Shown piece by piece: positions 1 through 8,100 of a stretch of 64,000 nt of DNA; positions within the stretch are counted from its first letter, which is position 1, and the number at the start of each line of letters is the position of its first letter. The stretch comes from a virus (taxonomy: Duplodnaviria > Caudoviricetes): IMG/VR virus record IMGVR_UViG_3300033175_000001, positions 13,325 through 77,324 of that record; one strand, written 5' to 3'. The notes beneath the pieces were generated by a model. The model was given only the letters and a program-made list of their open reading frames with translations, had not been told where the DNA came from and ran no database searches. Made by a program: the position numbers and the translations under genes.

Positions 1-581
1 CCCGCTGCCAGCTTGCTGCGAATATCTGTTCCTGATATTCCTTTTATTTCGTCAGTAACTACCACTTCTTCCACATTATATCCTACTCCTCGTCCATAAT
101 AAATTCCTTCTATATCCGGCATTATGACTATCGTTCCTCTTATATTCTCCGAAGTCATCCACGCCTTTATTAACTCTGCCCTATCAACGGCAGGGATATC
201 ATCGAACTTGGTATCTCTTACTAAAATAAGAGCTGGCAGATTCTTGCTCTCCAGCACCTTCTTAACTATTGCAGTATGCCCCTGATGCAAAGGGCACCAC
301 CTTCCTATAAAAGCAATGTGCGGTTCCTGGGCATCCACATTTGAAAAGAACTTCAGGTCGTACTTACGAATGTCAAATATCCGAGCAAACCAATAATGGT
401 AATTATAGTATAAAAACGTATTCAGAATATTCCATACTATCGAAGTTCCAATAGCCCACTTCCACTGCCCAGTCAGGAAATAAAAGAATATCGACTGAAT
501 AATAACGACATGCAACCTATAAACTATTCCACTGCCAATCAGCAGCATTGATTTAATAGGCATCAATTTTAGCTTTCTCAT
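1..581 (-). CDS. DUF2061-like membrane domain fused to a HIGH-type (cytidylyltransferase-like) nucleotidyltransferase; truncated by the window edge, absent from the ORF track
   Basis: Manual translation from ATG at 581 (ATGA overlap with the cysC stop): hydrophobic N-terminus with LYYNYHYWFAR (DUF2061-like YYxHERxW), then FIGRWCPLHQGH (HxGH), YYGRGVGY and ISGTDIR; frame open to position 1. Confidence 0.75.
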   Translation of the reverse strand, partial: MRKLKLMPIKSMLLIGSGIVYRLHVVIIQSIFFYFLTGQWKWAIGTSIVWNILNTFLYYNYHYWFARIFDIRKYDLKFFSNVDAQEPHIAFIGRWCPLHQGHTAIVKKVLESKNLPALILVRDTKFDDIPAVDRAELIKAWMTSENIRGTIVIMPDIEGIYYGRGVGYNVEEVVVTDEIKGISGTDIRSKLAA

Positions 582-1066
582 CTGTTTATCCTCTCTGTTA
601 TAAAATCTACAAGCTGAAGAACACTTTCTTCAACTGATTGCTTTTCAGTATCAATTACCAGATCGCACAGAACTGGCTCTTCATACGGGCTTGAAATTCC
701 TGTAAACTCAGGAATCTCCCCTTTAATTGCTTTTGCGTACATCCCCTTTGTATCCCGGTCTATACACTTATCTAAAGAAGACTTTACCCAAACGATGGAA
801 CAGTTTGGAATCTCCTCTTTCGCTCTCCTTCGTTCATCCTCATACGGAGAAATGAATGAAGTCACCACATGATGATTTAACTTTGAAAGCAACTTACATA
901 GCTCCCTCAGCCTCCTCATATTCTCACGGCGATCCTCTTCAGAGAACCCTAAATCCGAACACAACCCTTTTCTCAAGACATCTCCATCTATATTGACAAA
1001 CCCTTCAAGCTCATCTGCCAAAGTAGATTTCCCGGCTCCAGACAAACCTGTCATCCATATAACCAT
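578..1066 (-). CDS. cysC: adenylylsulfate (APS) kinase
   Basis: IWMTGLSGAGKST P-loop, IDGDVLRKGLCSDLGFSEEDRRENMRR, SFISPY, RDTKGMYAKA, FTGISSPYEEP; start moved to ATG 1066 behind GAGGTG. Confidence 0.95.
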   Translation of the reverse strand: MVIWMTGLSGAGKSTLADELEGFVNIDGDVLRKGLCSDLGFSEEDRRENMRRLRELCKLLSKLNHHVVTSFISPYEDERRRAKEEIPNCSIVWVKSSLDKCIDRDTKGMYAKAIKGEIPEFTGISSPYEEPVLCDLVIDTEKQSVEESVLQLVDFITERINR

Positions 1067-1070
1067 TATC

Positions 1071-1802
1071 TCACCTCTGTAGCGGCTTCTTAAAGTACTT
1101 AAACCCTCTATAAATATCTGAACTAATATCAAAATCAACCTTTACCGATTTACGCGACCGCAAGCAAGGCAAAGCATCTCCATCCAATCCGCTACCCCAA
1201 AATTCATGGGCCTTTGAAATAAACCTGTAGCATTTATTCTGAAATGGTTGAGAGCACCAGTACAAACACCCTGCATTTTTAAATAAAATAATTCGAGACT
1301 TATCAGTTAGCCTATTTAAAAAATCAATATCTTCGGTTCTACGCGGGTGTAATGTAACGAAATCATATAATTCCAATGCATTATCAATGCTTTCAATATC
1401 ATCTATTCCTTTTATAACACTTGCTATCAACTTAACTCCGGGAAAGTCCTCTTTCAGCCTCATCGCCAATAAATCATTTGTCACAGTAACTTTATTGCCT
1501 CGAAAAATAAATTCTGCTATTACCGACTTAAATTTTTTGTACCACTCCGGTTCAAAATAATCACTGGTTAGCGTAACAGTAAACGCCACGCCAATACTCG
1601 CCAGCAAATCCACTTGTTTGAATGAATATACCTGAGAGGCAGAAAATATTCTTCCTCCATACAAAGGAGTGAACTCTTCGTGAAATCCAAATACACTCGT
1701 AACAACACCAAAATGATCGTCTGCCAATTCGTGAATTTTTGCCAGATCTTTCATTGGTCTCGAAGTTACGGAATACTCCTTCATCTCAAGTTCAGGTAAC
1801 AT
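1071..1802 (-). CDS. U32-peptidase-like (putative Fe-S) protein
   Basis: VTVTNDLLAMRLKEDFPGVKLIAS and LFKNAGCLYWC...KC resemble the U32 TIM barrel and its Cys cluster; family call by recollection. Confidence 0.45.
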   Translation of the reverse strand: MLPELEMKEYSVTSRPMKDLAKIHELADDHFGVVTSVFGFHEEFTPLYGGRIFSASQVYSFKQVDLLASIGVAFTVTLTSDYFEPEWYKKFKSVIAEFIFRGNKVTVTNDLLAMRLKEDFPGVKLIASVIKGIDDIESIDNALELYDFVTLHPRRTEDIDFLNRLTDKSRIILFKNAGCLYWCSQPFQNKCYRFISKAHEFWGSGLDGDALPCLRSRKSVKVDFDISSDIYRGFKYFKKPLQR

Positions 1803-2569
1803 GCGGGAACCTCCATTACGCTTGGATGGTAGAAGCCATGCCCTGAAACTCCGTCCACCTCAGTAAAGCACTCACCATGGTCAGAACAGATGAATACGTT
1901 TGCAGGCCGAGGTATTACGTCTATAACCTCTAAAATATGGCTATCCACATACTCAAAAGCATCCACCTGACTCTTGATATAATAACTCGGGTAATTACCC
2001 TTCTCATCAGGTTCTGCTTTTAATCGATATGGTCTATGAGTGCTGGCTATATTCAAAAATAAAAATACAAGAGATTTCATATCAAGCGTCTTTAATAACT
2101 GTATCTGTCTTTCAAAGCTATTTGGAATAACCGGAGAAAACTCATCCGCATAGTAGAATTCTTTAAAATACATACTCCATAAATCTCTCGATGAATAAAA
2201 TGAGCTATTAAACCAATCAACTCCGCCAACCCCAATAGTACGATATCCTTGTGCCGCAAAACTCCCAGGCACGCTGGTATCTGTTTCCTGTAATGAGAAC
2301 TCAGCATTACGAGTATTGTTCCCGTACCTAAATAAACCATGCGAATGCTTAAATGGAGGATCAGCTTTAAACGAAGATGGAAATTTACCGCCAGTAAACA
2401 TTGATACATGAGCGGGCAACGTATAAGTTCCATGAGCACAGACTTTCTCCCAGCCATTTCCTATCCGCTGGTGTTCTGCAAATAACTTCTCAAAATTGGG
2501 TGAATTAGCAATTTGGGTAACATCGTACCGCAAAGAATCGATAGTTATTAAAGCAAAATTTATCACCAC
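1781..2569 (-). CDS. sulfatase / alkaline-phosphatase-superfamily hydrolase or transferase (STM4013-like)
   Basis: ITIDSLRYD, HGTYTLPAHVSMFTG, NIASTHRPY, CSDHGE and GHGFYHP metal-binding motifs. Confidence 0.85.
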   Translation of the reverse strand: MVINFALITIDSLRYDVTQIANSPNFEKLFAEHQRIGNGWEKVCAHGTYTLPAHVSMFTGGKFPSSFKADPPFKHSHGLFRYGNNTRNAEFSLQETDTSVPGSFAAQGYRTIGVGGVDWFNSSFYSSRDLWSMYFKEFYYADEFSPVIPNSFERQIQLLKTLDMKSLVFLFLNIASTHRPYRLKAEPDEKGNYPSYYIKSQVDAFEYVDSHILEVIDVIPRPANVFICSDHGECFTEVDGVSGHGFYHPSVMEVPACYLNLR

Positions 2570-3096
2570 TTAACCTCCGCAAGCTCCTGCTCAGTCGATG
2601 CACTTATTATACTCTCTTCAAGAGAATGCTTCTTTTGCAACAAGCCTACCTGGTAATCTTCCATCTCCACTAAAAGCGCCTGTAATTTTTCCAGGGTCAC
2701 TATAGCTTTTACATACTTACCTTTATAGCTTATGCTTTCTTCAGGATTACGCTGAGCCCAAGCTATTAAATTCTTAACATTCTGAATATCATTCTTATCC
2801 CCTCCCCGACATTCAATAGTAATACCCTCTACTGGATTTGTAAAAGATATTCCATCATCTACTTCAACGGTAACCACCGAAGAAACAAATGCTCCGTCTT
2901 TAAACTCATTCAAAAACCCATACTCAACTTCATTAAGTTTTAATTCGCGTAACACTTCTAAATCGATTCCGGCACAATCATCTAAAACCTTTATTAACTT
3001 GAAGTTATTTAGTATAAACGACGGAATATTTGAACTATCTTCTATGAAGATATTCGAATATTCGCCTGTTTGTTTGTTCAAAGCGTGGACATTCAT
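2563..3096 (-). CDS. tail fibre assembly-like protein (DUF4376-like C-terminus)
   Basis: C-terminal LEESIISASTEQELAEVKW pattern typical of DUF4376/Tfa proteins; lies downstream of the fibre gene; GGAGG RBS. Confidence 0.6.
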   Translation of the reverse strand: MNVHALNKQTGEYSNIFIEDSSNIPSFILNNFKLIKVLDDCAGIDLEVLRELKLNEVEYGFLNEFKDGAFVSSVVTVEVDDGISFTNPVEGITIECRGGDKNDIQNVKNLIAWAQRNPEESISYKGKYVKAIVTLEKLQALLVEMEDYQVGLLQKKHSLEESIISASTEQELAEVKW

Positions 3097-3691
3097 CTTC
3101 TACCTCCAAATCACCTGAAAAATTGTTTACGTTCCCCCATACTGGAGCATCACTACACCCGCACCTACAAATATTTCCATTCGGCTTAACGAATATATGC
3201 CAATCGGCGCAGTCTAAATCTCTGCCCTCTTCGGCTGCCCTTCCTGCGTTTAACATATATGGAAATGTAAACGTCCTACCTGAAAATAGCTCAAGCACTT
3301 CAGCATCAATATCTTCATGAAACCTATCTCTTGCAATGAATACAGCCAGTTTAGGCGAAGATACAGCTGCCAAAGATTGCATCGCCGCAACTGCTTTGCC
3401 GTTAGTCTGAACAATAACCTTCTCTAAAGAAGAAGCTATTGCTATAGTTACAAAATCAATGAAACTGGGATGAATCGAAGGTTCCCCGCCTGAAATTATT
3501 ACTTCTGTAAAACCTTCCTGTAAAAATAACTGAATTACTGATAAAAAGGTTTCCTGCGTCATAAATACTGAACTTTGAGATGCTGCAGGAGCAGATAAAT
3601 TGCAGCACTCACACTGCATATTGCAGTCTTCGGTTAATTGAACGTAGACTTGCTTACTTCTCAGAACCCTACGTTGACTTACTTCTCTCAT
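3035..3691 (-). CDS. radical SAM protein with short SPASM/twitch-like C-terminus
   Basis: CNMQCECC (CxxxCxxC), ISGGEP, QTNG, GRA...C...IFVKPNGNICRCGC. Confidence 0.9.
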   Translation of the reverse strand: MREVSQRRVLRSKQVYVQLTEDCNMQCECCNLSAPAASQSSVFMTQETFLSVIQLFLQEGFTEVIISGGEPSIHPSFIDFVTIAIASSLEKVIVQTNGKAVAAMQSLAAVSSPKLAVFIARDRFHEDIDAEVLELFSGRTFTFPYMLNAGRAAEEGRDLDCADWHIFVKPNGNICRCGCSDAPVWGNVNNFSGDLEVEDECPRFEQTNRRIFEYLHRR

Positions 3692-3700
3692 TTCGCCCTC

Positions 3701-4345
3701 CTAATACTGAACTCTATCTGGACGGAGTTTAACGCCAGACTCTATCTTCGCTCTCAACGATGGTGACTTGCAACCTGTAAATACTAAAAGCCGTGGGTCT
3801 ACCGTAAAAATATTACCTATTGAGGGTGCGTCTAAGCAACCGCAGCCCCGCACATCACCGTCAGGTTTAATATAAATATTAGGTGAAATGCAAGCGTACG
3901 CATTGCCGAAATCTTTTCCCCTGCCAGTCCTCCCTACAAAATGAGAAGTTAATAAATGCCCCTCATAAGCCTTATATACCTCGTCGCTTACGCACTCATG
4001 GTACCTATCATAACTTACCATTGCCCGCAACTTTCCTTCTGAAGAGTCCGCCAACTTCTTTAATTTTAAAGCTACTTCGGTTATTTTACCGTTTATCGCT
4101 ATAAGAATATACTTAAAATCCCTCTGTAATATTAACTCCGTCCATTCCAGAAAATTCTCATGCATTGTAGGCTCCCCGCCAGTTAAAACTACCCTGTCTG
4201 GATTTATACTTTCGAGGACATCCAAACATTTTACATAAGTTTTAAAATCCATAGGACGTTCGTACCCTACCTCCCCTTCGACTGTTGAATTCTGCGAACA
4301 AAAGGCACAGTGCATATTACATTGTGTTAATAATTGAATGTGCAT
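3701..4345 (-). CDS. radical SAM protein with short SPASM/twitch-like C-terminus (paralogue)
   Basis: CNMHCAFC, LTGGEP, AING, GRG...C...IYIKPDGDVRGCGC. Confidence 0.9.
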   Translation of the reverse strand: MHIQLLTQCNMHCAFCSQNSTVEGEVGYERPMDFKTYVKCLDVLESINPDRVVLTGGEPTMHENFLEWTELILQRDFKYILIAINGKITEVALKLKKLADSSEGKLRAMVSYDRYHECVSDEVYKAYEGHLLTSHFVGRTGRGKDFGNAYACISPNIYIKPDGDVRGCGCLDAPSIGNIFTVDPRLLVFTGCKSPSLRAKIESGVKLRPDRVQY

Positions 4346-4546
4346 CTAAAATACCTTCGCCCTTCCAGCTTTTAAATCCTCCATTATCTGCCTTGCCTCC
4401 TTCTCCGTATTACCGTCTGGTTCAAATGCCTCTTCGGAAATAATGAACTGATCCAGAATAAACTGAGGAATATTATTCCTGTCTTCTACAATAATGGCAT
4501 TCCTTCTTCCTGTAGTTTTATGGGTTACATAAATAGTGTCCATCAA
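4346..4546 (-). CDS. small hypothetical protein, homologous to the N-terminus of 2563..3096
   Basis: IYVTHKTTGRRNAIIVEDRNNIPQFILDQF aligns by eye with VHALNKQTGEYSNIFIEDSSNIPSFILNNF. Confidence 0.7.
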   Translation of the reverse strand: MMDTIYVTHKTTGRRNAIIVEDRNNIPQFILDQFIISEEAFEPDGNTEKEARQIMEDLKAGRAKVF

Positions 4547-5151
4547 GCCTCCAATCTACGCTTAGCTGAAATATAATAATCTTCCACAAGCTCAAACCCG
4601 CAATACGAACATCCTGCCTTCTTAAATGCCAGTAACGAAGAGCCTGAACCTACATGAGTATCAAGTATATTAAACTCCCTCCTCGCACAGATAGATAATA
4701 CCCACTCATATAATGCCTCCGGTTTCTGCATTGGGTGAATGAAATCTCTACCTATAAAATCTTCGCCCCATTTCTGCCTCACATTTGGATCATTTGGATC
4801 AAAAACTCTTACGCAACCTCTAAAAGAAGTCCACGCCATCTCAGCATTATGAAACTTAGAATTAAAATTCTTCCTCCAAATAAGCCACGCTCCAGTTGGC
4901 TGGAGATAATCTGTAAAATAATTGCCTCCCCAAATAACCTGATTCTGACTTACTCTAAACAACTCATCAAAATACTCTTTGCTCGGACGAGGTTGCTTAA
5001 AACATTCAAGATTCAATCCAGTAAAAATCTTTTCCTCTCTGGATAAGTCTCTATCCTCCCCCCACGGCGGATCAACTATTGCCAGATCGAAGAATTTATC
5101 TGGAAATTCTTTCATGCCTTCAATACAATCTATATTCCTAAAAGTGTGCAT
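4543..5151 (-). CDS. DNA amino-methyltransferase (N6-A/N4-C, beta class)
   Basis: DCIEGM, DLAIVDPPWG, HPMQKPEALY, ILDTHVGSGSS; true start is the ATG at 5151 overlapping the fibre TAA. Confidence 0.9.
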   Translation of the reverse strand: MHTFRNIDCIEGMKEFPDKFFDLAIVDPPWGEDRDLSREEKIFTGLNLECFKQPRPSKEYFDELFRVSQNQVIWGGNYFTDYLQPTGAWLIWRKNFNSKFHNAEMAWTSFRGCVRVFDPNDPNVRQKWGEDFIGRDFIHPMQKPEALYEWVLSICARREFNILDTHVGSGSSLLAFKKAGCSYCGFELVEDYYISAKRRLEA

Positions 5152-8100
5152 TACCAGTATATCCTTATTACGCCGTTTCCGCCTGCGCCACCAGCAGCTC
5201 CGTTGACCCAGCCAGAAGTAGCCTTGCAGCCTCCTGCACCGGCTCCGCCGCCTCCATTTGCACCTACTCCACCTACCGCTCCAGGACTGCCCGCAGACGC
5301 AGAACCCGCACCTCCGATTGCGACAGAAGCATCCCAAGGACTTGCGCCTCCATTGCCTCCATTACCTCCATTGCCTCCATATATCCCTCGCTTGCCTCCC
5401 TTACCTCCATTTACTCCTCCACCATCTGCGCCATCCGCCGAGTCTTGGACTCCCGCTAACCCTTCCTGGCCTCTCAACCCTCCCACATAAGTTCCGCCTC
5501 CAGGAGTATCGTTCGGCACTGGATTTCCATTTGAACCGGCTCCAGGCATGCCTACACCACCAAAAAATGCATTGCCTCCTCCAGAGGGTTCTGTTGTGTA
5601 GCCAGCAGTTTCGGCAGCAGATGGCGCTGCTTGAGCTCCACCACCTCCTCCTCCGCCATAATTATAATCAGTGTAGTAGTCTGCGTCATACTTGCCAGCA
5701 CCTCCACCAGCACCTCCACCAGCACCTCCTGTAGGCACAGAAGTAGTATCTTCCACCACATACGTCTTACCGCCAGCATACGAACGACAAGTTCTTGGGT
5801 ACGAAGGTGCATATACGCCTGTGGAAGTACCTCCTGCGCCAATTACAATATTTATTAACGTACCTATTCCAATACCAAAACTCGGTATTCTTAAATATTT
5901 GACTCCTGCGCCGCCTCCAGCTCCACCACCTCCTGTGCAGTTAGTAGAAGTACTTTGCCCTGGACCTCCAGATCCCCCGGCTCCTCCGCCTCCAATAAGC
6001 AAGAACCCAAAGTGCCTACCAACTTCTGTAAAAGTAAAGGATCCAGACGCAAACATATCATGATGCCCATTCTGCCCTTCTGGGCATGTGAAGTCCACCC
6101 CGTTACAGGCAGCCGTATAAGTTAACCCAGAGCCTGCCCTTATCTTAAAGCTCGCTCCGGTAGCCCCTTTAATCGTAATATAATAATCCCATACGCCTCC
6201 TGGAGTCGTAGTATTATTTACAACATTCCAATTTTTCACTTCTAAGGGAAAAGTAACATTGCGCGGGCCATCAACTTCTCCTATTAAAACTATTGTTCCA
6301 TTAGCTGCCTCTTCTGGAGACAACACAACATCTCCAGTAGATACATCAATATCTACTGAACCCAAAAATGAGTTAACGTAAGTCTTTACCGCCCGCTCGG
6401 TTGGAATATTATCATCACTATTATCTCCAAGTGAACCATCTGTGGATACTTTTGGCCCAAAAACAACCTCATCCTCCGAACCAGACACCTTAACTAACCT
6501 CTCCCCTTCGCCAACGTAAGAAGAGGGTGTATCGCTTAACCCAGTAAAATTACCTGGAGCAGCATCTCCAAATTCAAGCCCAGACTCATCCCCTTTCACC
6601 TTAACAATCTTCCCGCCCTGAGCTGAATAAGTATCAGGAGTATCCAAAAGACCGGCAAAAGTATCCTCTTCCTCGATATCCAAAGCAAGGATATTGAAAA
6701 GCTCTTCAATATACGCAGGAAGAGTATCCCATGGATTTGGAGCGTCATCATCTGTTACATAAATATTCCCCAAATACTTCTTCATCATTTTAATAGAAGT
6801 CGCATCAAGGGAAGCCTGGCCATAGACCAGCCCTGCGAATCTCTCTAAATTATAATCTCTCGGAGTCCCTGCCCAGGTATCTCCAAAAAGAGTATGCTCG
6901 GTTGGATAACTGGCTCCCTCTGCCGTTACATAAATATCACAGCACTCTCCATCGAGATAAGCCTGTGGAAGCTGTGTGCCAGGATTCCCTATTATTGGAA
7001 ATAACCCTTTTGAATGCCCGTATGCTTTTATCTCCTGAAAATCGGCAACCCGGTTACCGTCATTCGGCATCTCATCTAAAAATATACCGTCAATACCTGG
7101 ATACAATGAAAGCCAGGTATCCATCTCAGCTTTAATATCCACGACGGACTTCTCGCCAACGCCCGAATACCCCGTTGCGATGTACCCAAGAGTCTTTCCC
7201 TTTGCACCCTGAAGAAGCGTAATTGCCACGGTATAATTCCCGTCGGTAACTGTACCCGGCCCACTCGCAGGATTTAATATTGCCATTACAGGAACTTTTG
7301 GATACTTCCTCATGGCTTTTATCAGCTCACCGTAAGGAGTTGTGGTGGTATCCCAGGTATCGTTAACCCGAAGATCATTCGGATAAATATACATCGGGAT
7401 AAGCATCCCTGTATTCTTATTCAAATCCTTATTAAGAAAATCTACTTCATTTGCTTTATCATGGAATTCAAGCCCAGACTCATCACTCTTTACACGAACT
7501 TCCTGTAAACCCTTTCCAGAATAAGACGCAGGCGCATCCGTAAGCTCAGTAAACGCTGCTGCCATATCCCCAAATTCGAGCCCGTCTTCCCCAGGCTTAA
7601 CCATTACTGCTTTTCCAGCCTGCCCTGTATAATCTGATGGGGTATCTTCCATATCCAGAAAATCATTGTCCCTGAACTCCAGCCCATCTTCGGCAGCCTT
7701 TACATTTACTTTCTTTCCTCCCTGCCCAGAATAGGATGATGGGACGTCTTCAAGGTCTGTAAATACATCAGTCTCAGGGTCGCCAAACTCCAAGCCATCC
7801 TCGGTTGCTTTTACCTTTACTACCTTATTTGCATGCCCTGTATAAGAAGCAGGAACATCCTGAAGTTCTGTAAAATGATCAGGAACATCTGCAAATTCAA
7901 TTCCGGTTTCATCCATCTTGACAACCACCATCTTGCCCGCCTCTCCGGTATAGGAAGAAGGTGCATCTACAAGATTAAGGAACCCAAAAACATCCAGAAA
8001 ATCCCTCAGCGACCGTGTTGAATTATTGTACCTCGGAACAAACTTATCCGATATTTTATCGATGGGCATTTTAAAATTGAAGTTTGCAAACCCCCAGTCA

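Noticed and set aside
5152-5337. Arg/Cys-rich N-terminal extension of the methyltransferase in the ORF track
   Set aside because: It is an alternate frame of the fibre 3' end; the real start is the ATG at 5151 overlapping the fibre stop.
5151-6010. Collagen-like repeat
   Set aside because: The pattern is GGx/GGAG, not strict Gly-X-Y triplets.
5146-6063. Pro-rich plus-strand ORFs (5146..5490, 5258..5734, 5692..6063)
   Set aside because: They are antisense shadows of the Gly-rich fibre codons (GGN read as NCC), with no RBS and no plus-strand gene context.
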